A DNA stretch of 64,000 nucleotides, taken from positions 64,001 through 128,000 of the forward strand of contig JBDRKL010000012.1 in assembly GCA_043814055.1 (NCBI GenBank), in the 5' to 3' direction. The notes below the pieces were generated by a model. It was not told the DNA's origin and ran no database searches. It saw only the letters and a program-made list of their open reading frames with translations. Shown here one piece after another: positions 38,233 through 47,271 of the stretch; within the stretch, counting starts at the first letter, position 1, and each line of letters starts with the position of its first letter. Made by a program: the position numbers and the translations under genes. Source of the DNA: an archaeon (GTDB lineage Archaea; Undinarchaeota; Undinarchaeia; Undinarchaeales; JBDRKL01).

Positions 38233-38351
38233 GGGGGTGTGGTCTAGTTTGGTATGATACTTGCTTTGGGAGCAAGTGGTCCCCAGTTCAAAGGCGTGCG
38301 AAGCGTGACTTAACATGCGCTTGTGCGTGGAAAATCTGGGCACCCCCACCA
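38233..38351 (+). tRNA. tRNA-Pro(TGG) with 42-nt T-loop (59/60) intron at about 38293-38334
   Basis: GGGGGTG/CACCCCC acceptor, CTTGC-TTTGGGA-GCAAG anticodon arm, CCCAG-TTCAAA[intron]T-CTGGG, encoded CCA. Confidence 0.92.
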
Positions 38352-38457
38352 CTCCGCCTAGCCGCGGAGAAAGGCTGTCCCGCATCACACAACACACACT
38401 CGTGTGTGTGCATAAATCACCGCAATGCGGTGATTCATGTTTGTGATGCTGCGGGAC
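38352..38457. repeat. Multi-hairpin palindromic element downstream of tRNA-Pro
   Basis: CTCCGC/GCGGAG, GTCCCGCA/TGCGGGAC, ACACACAC/GTGTGTGT, AATCACCGC/GCGGTGATT stems. Confidence 0.7.
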
Positions 38458-38474
38458 TACTGGACAAGTACATC

Positions 38475-39035
38475 TTAAACAAGATTTCTGATTTCATCCT
38501 GCACTAAATCAACCTCGCGCGAGGCGTCAATTATTTTGAAACCGCTTTCCTCCGCGAGTTTCAGGTAGTTCCCCCGGACTTTTGTAAGAAACTCAGTGTT
38601 CTCAAATTTTTCCTCAGTTGTGGTTCTGCCTGCTCCGACTTCGGGCGGGACGTCAAGCAGGATTACAATGTCAGGCTTAGGGGCGAATGAATTCAATGAT
38701 TTCAACCATTCCATATCTAGGCCCTGCGCGGCTTGGTAAGCGATTGTTGAATAGGTATAGCGCTCGCAGATTACGGTTTTGCCCTGCTCAAGAGCTGGCT
38801 TTATTTCCTGCTCAACATGCTCAGCTCGGTCTGCGATGAAGAGCATTGTGTCAACGAGCGGCGGAGCATCCTGCCTGAGATACTCGCGGAGAAGTTTTCC
38901 AATTTGGCCGTGGCTCGGCTCGGCGGTGTGCAGGACTTCTTTGCCATGCTCTTTCAGAAATTCAGTAAGAAGCTCTGCGTGGGTTGACTTGCCGCAGCCG
39001 TCTATGCCTTCAAAAACTATGAGCTTACCCGGCAT
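38475..39035 (-). CDS. tmk: Thymidylate kinase
   Basis: FEGIDGCGKST, ADRAEH, ERYTYSTIAYQ. Confidence 0.95.
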   Translation of the reverse strand: MPGKLIVFEGIDGCGKSTHAELLTEFLKEHGKEVLHTAEPSHGQIGKLLREYLRQDAPPLVDTMLFIADRAEHVEQEIKPALEQGKTVICERYTYSTIAYQAAQGLDMEWLKSLNSFAPKPDIVILLDVPPEVGAGRTTTEEKFENTEFLTKVRGNYLKLAEESGFKIIDASREVDLVQDEIRNLV

Positions 39036-40191
39036 TTTTCTCCACTACCTCGCCTGGCTTTGTGGTTGCTCCGGATTTTATTTTTCTGCCAGGGTATATT
39101 ATTGAGCAGATTCCTGTTTTCACGTTGTCGCCAATTACTGCGCCGAATTTTCTCAGGCCTGTGTCAACCATTTCACCGTTCACTTCCATCTTTATGTTCG
39201 CGTTATCGTGGCGCAGGTTTCCGATTATTGTTCCTGCTGCGATGTTGCAGTTTTCCCCTATGATTGAATCTCCAACGTAATTCTGGTGTGGCAGGCAGGT
39301 ATTGTTAAATATGACTGAATTTTTTATCTCAACACTCTGGCCTATTTTGCAATTGTTGCCGATTGTTGAATACGGGCGGATGTAGCAGTTCGGGCCGATT
39401 CTGCAGTTAGTCCCAATAAGCACTGGGCCTTCTATGTAAGCTCCTGCGCGGATTATCGTGCCTTTGCCCGCGATTATCTTGCCCTTTAGTGTTGCGCCCT
39501 GCTCAACCTCAGCCTCATTCTTCCCTTCAATTTCATTTAGAAGCGACTGGTTTGCCTCAAGAATCTGCCACGGGTAGCCGACCGGCTGCCAGAAGATTGC
39601 GTCAACGTATTTCAAGCTGCCAAGTTGAAGCGCAGCCTGCGGGAGTTCGTAATCGCCGCGCTCGGATTTCTCAAGTTTCAGTTCAAAGAATTTTTTTGGG
39701 AGGATGAAAGCGCCGGTGTTTACAAAGCCATCTGCTCCTGATTTTTCAGAGAATGAAATTACCTTGTCATCATCCAGCTCTGCAACCCCGAATGCGGACG
39801 CATCTTTCACTTTTGCAAGAGCAACAGCGGGCGCGCCTTTTTCAATTAAGTTTTGTATTGTCCCGGCGTCTATTATGTCGTCTCCGTTTAGCACGAGGAA
39901 ATCTTTCTTGATAAAATCTTTTGCAGCTGCAACTGCGTTCGCGGTTCCGAGCGGCTCTTTCTGCACTGCGTATTCAAGCTTGACCCCAGCGGTTTCGGTT
40001 CCAAGTGCGCCCTTGAGTGTTCCGTCCGGCTTCTGGACTATGACTGCCTCGCTGATGCCTGCTGTTTTCAGGGCTTCAAGTATGTGCACTATGATTGGCT
40101 TGATTGCAATAGGGATGAGCGACTTGAGCCGCGTCTCGGTCAGCGGGAGCATTCTGGCCCCGTCTCCTGCGGCAAGGATTACAGCTTTCAT
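39025..40191 (-). CDS. glmU: Bifunctional sugar-1-phosphate nucleotidylyltransferase/acetyltransferase (archaeal GlmU)
   Basis: ILAAGDGARMLPLT, LGTANA, LNGD, hexapeptide repeats, NLRHD. Confidence 0.85.
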   Translation of the reverse strand: MKAVILAAGDGARMLPLTETRLKSLIPIAIKPIIVHILEALKTAGISEAVIVQKPDGTLKGALGTETAGVKLEYAVQKEPLGTANAVAAAKDFIKKDFLVLNGDDIIDAGTIQNLIEKGAPAVALAKVKDASAFGVAELDDDKVISFSEKSGADGFVNTGAFILPKKFFELKLEKSERGDYELPQAALQLGSLKYVDAIFWQPVGYPWQILEANQSLLNEIEGKNEAEVEQGATLKGKIIAGKGTIIRAGAYIEGPVLIGTNCRIGPNCYIRPYSTIGNNCKIGQSVEIKNSVIFNNTCLPHQNYVGDSIIGENCNIAAGTIIGNLRHDNANIKMEVNGEMVDTGLRKFGAVIGDNVKTGICSIIYPGRKIKSGATTKPGEVVEKNAG

Positions 40192-40267
40192 GGGCACTCA
40201 TTTGAGAAAAGCCTCTCTTATAGTTTACTACAATAATAATTTAAGGCAGCGCGGACAAGTGGGAGTT

Positions 40268-41020
40268 ATGGGATTGGAGGAAGAACTGGTTGAGGTTTAC
40301 AGGAAGGCAGCCTGCGAGCTGCCTGAGGATGTTCTAGCGGAGCTGAAGAAACGCGCAGGGGACAGGAAGATTGATACTATTTTGGATAACTGCGAGATTG
40401 CGAAAGCTGAGAGCAAACCGATTTGTCAGGACACCGGGACTCCGGTTTGGTATGTTAAAAAGCCAACTGGAAAAAGCGAGGATGAAATCCGCACAGCGAT
40501 TGAAAGCGCCACCAAGCGAGCTGTTGAAGAGGTTCCGCTTCGCGCTAATTCCGTCTGTCCTGTTACCGGGCAGAACTTTGGATTGATGCCATTCATACAT
40601 TTTGAAGAGCACGAGAAAGATTTAATTCAGTTTGACCTGCTTTTGAAAGGCGGCGGCTCTGAGAACATTGGACAAACTTATTTTGTGAAGGAAATGGAGT
40701 TTAGCGCTGTGAAGAATTACGTGAAGGACGCGGTTGAGAAAGCCGGAGACCGTGGCTGCCCGCCCTATGTGCTTGGTGTTTGCGTTGGAGGTTCAAGGGA
40801 TATTGTTTCTTATTACTCAAAGAGGATGCTGAGGCGGAAATTGGATGATGTTAATAAGAATCCGGTTGCAGCGGAGATGGAGAAAGAACTGGTTGAGGAA
40901 TTTGATAATGTGATGGGTGTGAAAATTGGAATTACTAATAGGCACCCTGCGTCGTATTTTGTTGATGTTTGCTTTTCGTGCTGGGCGCTGAGGAGAGGTA
41001 GGTTGGAATGGAAATTATAG
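40268..41020 (+). CDS. Class I fumarate hydratase / tartrate dehydratase alpha subunit
   Basis: PICQDTG, KGGGSEN, GCPP, RHPAS, CWALRR; true start 40268. Confidence 0.88.
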   Translation: MGLEEELVEVYRKAACELPEDVLAELKKRAGDRKIDTILDNCEIAKAESKPICQDTGTPVWYVKKPTGKSEDEIRTAIESATKRAVEEVPLRANSVCPVTGQNFGLMPFIHFEEHEKDLIQFDLLLKGGGSENIGQTYFVKEMEFSAVKNYVKDAVEKAGDRGCPPYVLGVCVGGSRDIVSYYSKRMLRRKLDDVNKNPVAAEMEKELVEEFDNVMGVKIGITNRHPASYFVDVCFSCWALRRGRLEWKL

Positions 41021-41760
41021 TTCTTACAGAGGATATTGCTAGAGAAGGATTCCTTGCTGAGCATGGAGTTTCATTTTTGATTAAACATAATGGGAAAAAA
41101 TTGCTTTTTGACACTGGACAAAGTGATGTTTTCATAAAAAATGCAGAGAAAATGGGAGTTATACTTGATGTTGATGCGATTACACTAAGCCACGGGCATT
41201 ATGATCACAGCAGGGGTTTGAAATATTTAGCTGGGAAAAAATTGAAGTTAATTGCTCATCCGCTTGCGTTTAAAGAGCAGATAGAAGAAGGACAGAACAT
41301 TGGAACTCCAATGAGCAAAGAGGAAGCGCAGAAAGCATTTAATCTAATTGAAGCCGTTGAGCCGTACAATATTTTTGACGAGGTTCTATTTTTAGGAGAG
41401 GTTCCAAGAGAGAGTGGATTTGAGCAGAATGAATACAATGAACTGCTTGATGATTCAGGGGTTGTGATAAAAACTAACAAAGGGCTCGTTGTTATTTCTG
41501 GCTGCGCGCATTCGGGCATTGTAAATATTATTGAGCATTCAAAAAGAGTTGCAGGTATTGAAAAAGTTTATGCAGTTATTGGTGGATTTCACCTTCGAAA
41601 AACTTCGCAGGAGCAGATTGAAAAAACAATTGAGTATTTCAAGGAAGAGAGAATTGAAAAAATAATGCCCTGCCATTGTAATGATGCTGAAGCAATGACA
41701 GCTTTCCATAATGCTTTTGAATTTAAAAAACCGTGTGCAGGAGATGTGATAGAATTATGA
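41008..41760 (+). CDS. Metallo-beta-lactamase fold hydrolase (COG1237-like)
   Basis: EHGVSFLI, FDTGQ, SHGHYDH, SGCAHSG, GGFHL, PCHC. Confidence 0.88.
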   Translation: MEIIVLTEDIAREGFLAEHGVSFLIKHNGKKLLFDTGQSDVFIKNAEKMGVILDVDAITLSHGHYDHSRGLKYLAGKKLKLIAHPLAFKEQIEEGQNIGTPMSKEEAQKAFNLIEAVEPYNIFDEVLFLGEVPRESGFEQNEYNELLDDSGVVIKTNKGLVVISGCAHSGIVNIIEHSKRVAGIEKVYAVIGGFHLRKTSQEQIEKTIEYFKEERIEKIMPCHCNDAEAMTAFHNAFEFKKPCAGDVIEL

Positions 41761-42191
41761 AAACAAGCGAGGATTTTTCAAAGCTCAAGAAGGGCGACGA
41801 GGTTTTGCTCTCTGGGAAAGTTTACATTGCCCGAGATTTGGCGCATAAAAAATTGCTTGAAGAGGATTTTGATTTGAAAATTGATGTTATTTACCACTGC
41901 GGACCTTTGTTTAAGGGCGATGAGATTGTTTCTGCAGGGCCGACCACTTCAAAGAGAATGGAACCATACACGAAAGAGGTTGTTGAGAAGTACGGGGTTC
42001 GCGGGATAATTGGGAAAGGCGGGATGGAAGTGCCTGAAGGTGTTGTTTATTTTGAAGCTGTGGGCGGAGCAGGAGCTCTGCTTGCGAAGAAAATTAAGAG
42101 CTGGAAGAAGATTGTTGACTTGGGACCGGTTGAGAGCATTCTTGAATGCGAGGTTGAGGAGTTTCCGGTTATAGTTTCATCTTCGCGCTGA
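41757..42191 (+). CDS. Class I fumarate hydratase / tartrate dehydratase beta subunit (short)
   Basis: ARDLAHK, IYHCGP, AGPTTSKRM, IIGKGGM. Confidence 0.88.
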   Translation: MKTSEDFSKLKKGDEVLLSGKVYIARDLAHKKLLEEDFDLKIDVIYHCGPLFKGDEIVSAGPTTSKRMEPYTKEVVEKYGVRGIIGKGGMEVPEGVVYFEAVGGAGALLAKKIKSWKKIVDLGPVESILECEVEEFPVIVSSSR

Positions 42192-42792
42192 GCAGTTCAT
42201 ACGCCTTTGTAGCATCTTTTTCATCAACTATAAAAATCGTGTCAGTGTAGCAGGATATTACCTCAACTATGTTTATACCTTCGGCTGAAAGGAGCCCTGT
42301 TGTATACTCAACAAAACCAAGTGTTTCTTCAACATCAATGGGGCTGATTAAAGCAATCTCCACAAGGTTCTTGCGTATTTCTATGGCGTTGACTACATCA
42401 ACCTTTTCCAGATCCTCGTTGTTTATCACTAGAGTGTCGGCATTTGAGCCGCTTGAGGTATGAATTGGCTTGAAACCTTTAACTTTCAGCTCCCCCTTCT
42501 TGAAAGTTATGTCAACAACACAGTTCTTCATGCTGATTTGAGACTTTGAAAGGAGCTTCAGGAGTTTTGTTTCCTGGACGCTGGCTTCCTTGCTCAAAGT
42601 TTCAGCAAAGCGGCGGGCTGAGACAGCGATTGCATCGTTGCTGACTTTTCGGCCAAGGGTTTCAACTATAGCGGGCTTTATTTTTTCAGCTAGAGCAGAG
42701 TAGTTTATTATGCCATTCTCCATTGCATACAACAAGTACGGCTTTTTCTCTAAGTTCTCGCGCACAGTTTTTGCGAGTGAGTTTTGCTTCAT
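42169..42792 (-). CDS. ACT-domain protein with N-terminal HTH-like region; candidate amino-acid-responsive regulator
   Basis: GIINYSALA N-domain; C-terminal ACT (LLSAEGINIVEVISCYTDTIFIV); start likely MKQNS at 42792. Confidence 0.8.
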   Translation of the reverse strand: MKQNSLAKTVRENLEKKPYLLYAMENGIINYSALAEKIKPAIVETLGRKVSNDAIAVSARRFAETLSKEASVQETKLLKLLSKSQISMKNCVVDITFKKGELKVKGFKPIHTSSGSNADTLVINNEDLEKVDVVNAIEIRKNLVEIALISPIDVEETLGFVEYTTGLLSAEGINIVEVISCYTDTIFIVDEKDATKAYELLSAKMKL

Positions 42793-42800
42793 ACATATAA

Positions 42801-42882
42801 TGTCGTATTTAAGACATATAAATATTGCGGTGATTTTAGAGAATACCACACAAAATTGGATTATTTTGTCTTATTTAAGACA
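42801..42882. promoter_or_regulatory. Two 16-bp palindromic operators TGTCKTATTTAAGACA
   Basis: TGTCGTATTTAAGACA (42801-42816) and TGTCTTATTTAAGACA (42867-42882) in the divergent promoter. Confidence 0.75.
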
Positions 42883-42920
42883 CATTTTTGATATAGGATG
42901 TTGAGCACTTTTAGTGGGCT

Positions 42921-43787
42921 ATGAAATTAGAATTTAAAAAATATCATCATTGCGGAAACGACTTCGTTATAGTTGATGATTTAACTGGGACGATCGAGCC
43001 AGAGTTTGCAAAGAAGCTCAGCAAAAACCTTCTCAAGAGAAAATATGCAATTGGGGGAAATGATTTACTTTATTTGAAAAGTGATGAAGATACTGATGCA
43101 TTTATGCACATTTACAATGTCTCGGATGTTGAGGGGAGTATGTGCGGAAATGGCAGTCTTTGTGCTGGAAAATATCTCAGTGGAAAGCTTGGTAAAAATG
43201 AAATAAAAATAAAAACCTTGTCTGGAATTGTTAATATTAAAAAGATAGGCAATAACTTCTTTGAACTTGGGCTAGGACAGGTTTTTCACAAGTATGGCGA
43301 GCTTTCAAAGTTTTTCAAGTATCCTGGGCTGGCTAAAGAGGAAAGTGTGCTTGCAGTTGAATTTAACATAAAAGAAGTTCCACCGTTTATTGGAAATGTT
43401 GTGCATGTTGGGGAACCACACTTGGTTGTTTTTGAAACTGAGGTAGATAAAGTGGATTTGCAGAAGTTTGGAGATGCTGTAAACAATTGCAAAAAACATT
43501 TTCCAGAATTTATAAACTTAAATCTTGTACAGATTTTGGACGAGAAAACAATAAAAATCCGCACATATGAGCGCAGCTGTTTTGAAGAAACCGATGCTTG
43601 CGCCACCGGAAGCACATGTGCAGCATATGTTTGCAAATTACTGGGAAATCTAAAAGAAGATATGATTACTGTCAAGGTCAAGGGTGGAGAATTCAAAGTT
43701 TATGCAAAAAAGAATATGAATTATCTTGTTGGGAGCCCAGAGAAAGTTTTTGAAGGTCATGTAGCGATACCAGAGGGGGAATTTTAG
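42921..43787 (+). CDS. dapF: Diaminopimelate epimerase-like PLP-independent epimerase
   Basis: GNDF, SMCGNG, GEPH, RTYER..ETDACATG (both catalytic Cys). Confidence 0.8.
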   Translation: MKLEFKKYHHCGNDFVIVDDLTGTIEPEFAKKLSKNLLKRKYAIGGNDLLYLKSDEDTDAFMHIYNVSDVEGSMCGNGSLCAGKYLSGKLGKNEIKIKTLSGIVNIKKIGNNFFELGLGQVFHKYGELSKFFKYPGLAKEESVLAVEFNIKEVPPFIGNVVHVGEPHLVVFETEVDKVDLQKFGDAVNNCKKHFPEFINLNLVQILDEKTIKIRTYERSCFEETDACATGSTCAAYVCKLLGNLKEDMITVKVKGGEFKVYAKKNMNYLVGSPEKVFEGHVAIPEGEF

Positions 43788-43788
43788 A

Positions 43789-44982
43789 ATGAACCAAAAA
43801 ATAATATTGGCATACAGTGGTGGACTTGATACATCGTTCTGTGTGCCATACCTGAAAGAGAAGGGATACGACGTAATAACCCTGACAGTTGATACTGGAG
43901 GGCTGAACAAGGATGAGCTTGAGTATATCGAGAGCCATTCAAAGGAGCTTGGGGCTTCAAAGCACTACTTTGTTGACGCGAAGGATGAGGTTTATGAGAA
44001 AATCATAACCAATGTGATAAAAGCGAACGGGCTTTACCAGGGAGTTTACCCCCTGATGTGCTCGGACAGGTTCCTTTTTGGGAAGTATGCCAAGGAAATC
44101 GCGGACAAGGAGGGCACGAATGTTATAGCGCACGGCTGTACAGGCACTGGGAATGACCAGTTTCGTATAGAGCTTCCTGTGCTTGCAATGTATCCTGAGA
44201 TTGAGATAGTTGCGCCAGTGAAGGAATTGGGGAGCACGCGTGATTATGAAATAGAATATCTGGAAAAGAAAGGGTTTGAAGTTCCGAAAGAGGTCAAGAA
44301 GTACACTTATAATCAGAATGTGTTTGGAGTTACGATTTCAGGCTCTGAGATTGACGAGAACAAGGAGATTCCTGAGAGCGCGTGGGTAATGTCTAAAGTC
44401 ACGAAGACTGAGCCGGAGTATGTTGAAATTGAATTTGAGAAAGGAGTCCCGGTTGGATTAGATGGTAAAAATTTGCCTGGGATTGAGATACTCGGAAAGC
44501 TGAATGAAGTTGCTGGAGCGCACGGATATGGCCAAGGATACTATATTGAAGATGAAATCCTTGGAATAAAGGGACAGCAGGCGTTTGAGGCTCCGGGTTT
44601 GATGCTAATTATAGAAGCACACAAAACATTGGAGAAATTGACGTTGACCAAGGAGCAGTTGAGCATTAAGCACGGGCTTGAGTATACTTGGGCTGAGTAC
44701 GCGTATTTGGGCAAGCTGTTTGACCCAATGATGAAGGATGTTCAGGCGTTTTTTGATTCAACGCAAGAGTCCGTGAATGGAAAGGTAAAGATGAAGCTGG
44801 AGCACAAATCAGCTTTCCTGTGCGAGGTGCACAGCCCGAACTCGTTGATTGACGAAGATGTGGCGTTGTATGCACAGAAGGCAACTTGGACCGGAGGGGA
44901 CGTGAATGCATTCATGAAATTCTATGGGATGCAAAGCACAACGTTCAATAAAAAAAATGAAAAAACAAATCTGGAAAACTGA
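43789..44982 (+). CDS. argG: Argininosuccinate synthase
   Basis: LAYSGGLDTS, HGCTGTGNDQFR, FEKGVPV, FEAPG. Confidence 0.95.
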   Translation: MNQKIILAYSGGLDTSFCVPYLKEKGYDVITLTVDTGGLNKDELEYIESHSKELGASKHYFVDAKDEVYEKIITNVIKANGLYQGVYPLMCSDRFLFGKYAKEIADKEGTNVIAHGCTGTGNDQFRIELPVLAMYPEIEIVAPVKELGSTRDYEIEYLEKKGFEVPKEVKKYTYNQNVFGVTISGSEIDENKEIPESAWVMSKVTKTEPEYVEIEFEKGVPVGLDGKNLPGIEILGKLNEVAGAHGYGQGYYIEDEILGIKGQQAFEAPGLMLIIEAHKTLEKLTLTKEQLSIKHGLEYTWAEYAYLGKLFDPMMKDVQAFFDSTQESVNGKVKMKLEHKSAFLCEVHSPNSLIDEDVALYAQKATWTGGDVNAFMKFYGMQSTTFNKKNEKTNLEN

Positions 44983-46132
44983 AAAAGAGAATGAATTGAA
45001 TCCAACTATTCTGGAGTATAATTCAGGAGAGAATATCCAGCTTGACCAGGCTTTGCTCAAATATGACATCAAAGTGAACAAAGCGCATGCGAATATGCTT
45101 GAGAAAACTGGGTTGATTTCAGCTGAAGAAAACAAAAAGATTCAGGAGGCATTGAACAAGATTCCAGAGGATTTTAAACTGGATCCGGAACTTGAAGACG
45201 TTCATATGAATGTTGAGTCTGCGCTTGGAGAAATTGGAAAGAAACTGCACACTAGCAAGAGCAGAAACGACCAGGTTATGGCTGACCTGCAACTCTATAT
45301 GAAAGACCAGATAGGAGAAATTGCTGGAGGACTGCAGGAGCTTCAGAAAGTTTTGAAAGAGAAAGCAGATGAGTACAAAGGAGCAGAAATGCCGGCTTAC
45401 ACGCACATGCAGCCAGCGGTTTCCACCACGTTTGATGAATGGATTGGAGCTTATGCCTGCCTGTTTGAGTCAGACGTTGAGTTTTTTAATACTGCAAAAA
45501 AGTCTCTTTTTTGCCCGCTTGGCGCGTGCGCTGTGGCCGGCACCAATCTTCCAATAGACAAGAAAATGACTGCAAAGGAGCTTGGGTTTGAAAAAAGCTT
45601 TGAGAATCCAATTGCAGTGATAAGCTCGCGCGGGGAGGTTGAGACACACTGCTTGTTCGGGCTTTCAATGGCAATGTTGCACTTGAATAAGCTGGCGAAT
45701 GACCTTCAGCTTTATTCCACATTTGAGTATGGAATGATTGAGCTAGCGGATGAAGTTTGCACTTCCAGTTCCATAATGCCGCAGAAGAAGAATCCAGACG
45801 TATTGGAGATTTTGCATTCTAAAAGTGTAGAGATTCACAGTTTGTTGATGCAAAACCTTATGATACTTAATTCATTGACTTCTGGGTTTCACATGGATAT
45901 GCAGCAGACCAAGAAGAATGTGATGCAAGGATTTGAGATTGTCCTGAAAAGTATTGAAGTTATGAAAATTGTAATTGCCGGACTAAAAGCAAACCCGGAG
46001 AAGATGAAAGAGTTGGTTGAGGCAAGTGGCTGCAATGCGATTAAGGAAGTTGAGCAGCTTGTTTTAGGTGGGATGCCGTTCCGTGATGCGTATAAGAAAG
46101 TGAGGCAAAACTATATAACCGCGAATAGGTAA
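44957..46132 (+). CDS. argH: Argininosuccinate lyase (short)
   Basis: EDVHMNVE, LHTSKSRNDQ, YTHMQ, SSIMPQKKNPD, PFRDAY. Confidence 0.93.
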   Translation: MKKQIWKTEKENELNPTILEYNSGENIQLDQALLKYDIKVNKAHANMLEKTGLISAEENKKIQEALNKIPEDFKLDPELEDVHMNVESALGEIGKKLHTSKSRNDQVMADLQLYMKDQIGEIAGGLQELQKVLKEKADEYKGAEMPAYTHMQPAVSTTFDEWIGAYACLFESDVEFFNTAKKSLFCPLGACAVAGTNLPIDKKMTAKELGFEKSFENPIAVISSRGEVETHCLFGLSMAMLHLNKLANDLQLYSTFEYGMIELADEVCTSSSIMPQKKNPDVLEILHSKSVEIHSLLMQNLMILNSLTSGFHMDMQQTKKNVMQGFEIVLKSIEVMKIVIAGLKANPEKMKELVEASGCNAIKEVEQLVLGGMPFRDAYKKVRQNYITANR

Positions 46133-46164
46133 ATTCAATACCTAATTGTAGGAGAGATTTAAGA

Positions 46165-47271
46165 ATGGCTGATAAGAGTCTAATTGTGTTCAGGGACGGC
46201 GCTGTGCTAGAGGGGAGAAGCTTTGGCGCGCGGAAAACTGTTGTCGGCGAGATAGTTTTCAATACTGCTATGACAGGTTACCAGGAATCGCTGACTGACC
46301 CTTCCTACCACAGGCAGATTCTGAACCAGACCTACCCGATTGTTGGAAATTACGGAATTGATGAGGAAAGTTTTGAGGGCAGCAAGCTCTGGGCCTCCGG
46401 GTTCCTGGTCAGGGACTTGTGCGAGAAGCCGTCGCATTATAAATCCATAAAAACTTTGGATGAATTTTTAAAAGAGCAGGATGTTCCCGGGGTTTGCGGG
46501 ATTGACACAAGGGCAGTCACTGTGAAGCTGAGGAATGCTGGCTCAATGCTTGGCGCGATTGTGCCTTATGAGGGAAAAAAGCCTGAGCTGGGAAAAATCA
46601 GGGAAGAAATCAGCTCGTTTGACTATGCAGGAGCGGACCTGGTCAAGGATTACGCAGAGGCTGAGTTCAAGGACAAGGAGAAAATTATCCACGGCAAAGG
46701 GAACACGTACAAGGTTGTGATGATTGACTGCGGAGTCAAGCTCGGGATTGTGCGCGAGATGGTGAAGCGCGATATTGAGGTTATAAGGGTTCACCCTGTG
46801 ACAAGCGCTGAGAAGATTCTTGCAATGAAGCCGGACTGCGTGCACATTTCAAACGGACCTGGGAATCCTGAGACAATACTTTACGCAATAGAAACTGCGA
46901 AGAAGCTTGTGGGAAAAGTTCCAATGCACGGGATTTGCGTTGGTCACGGCGTTATTGCCGCGGCGTGCGGAGGGAAAAATTTCAAGATGAAGTTCGGCCA
47001 CCGCGGAGGGAACCACGGGGTTAAGGATTTGAAAACCGGGAAGGTTTTCATCACTTCGCAGAACCACGGCTTCTGCGTGGATGGGGATTCGCTGAAAGGC
47101 ACTGGGCTTGAGGTTACTGAAGTTAACTGCAATGATGGGACTGTGGAAGGAATGGATCATACAAAGTATCCGATTTTTTCAACGCAGTACCATCCTGAGG
47201 CGAACCCAGGACCTTACGACGCGCTTGGGAAGTTTGACAGGCTTGTTGAGATGATAAAGGAGAACCGATGA
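46165..47271 (+). CDS. carA: Carbamoyl-phosphate synthase small subunit
   Basis: GEIVFNTAMTGYQE.LTDPSY, SNGPGNP, GICVGH, QYHPEA. Confidence 0.96.
   Translation: MADKSLIVFRDGAVLEGRSFGARKTVVGEIVFNTAMTGYQESLTDPSYHRQILNQTYPIVGNYGIDEESFEGSKLWASGFLVRDLCEKPSHYKSIKTLDEFLKEQDVPGVCGIDTRAVTVKLRNAGSMLGAIVPYEGKKPELGKIREEISSFDYAGADLVKDYAEAEFKDKEKIIHGKGNTYKVVMIDCGVKLGIVREMVKRDIEVIRVHPVTSAEKILAMKPDCVHISNGPGNPETILYAIETAKKLVGKVPMHGICVGHGVIAAACGGKNFKMKFGHRGGNHGVKDLKTGKVFITSQNHGFCVDGDSLKGTGLEVTEVNCNDGTVEGMDHTKYPIFSTQYHPEANPGPYDALGKFDRLVEMIKENR

Noticed and set aside
39704-40267. Long N-terminal extension of fumarase alpha in the ORF track
   Set aside because: It is the antisense shadow of glmU; the real start is 40268
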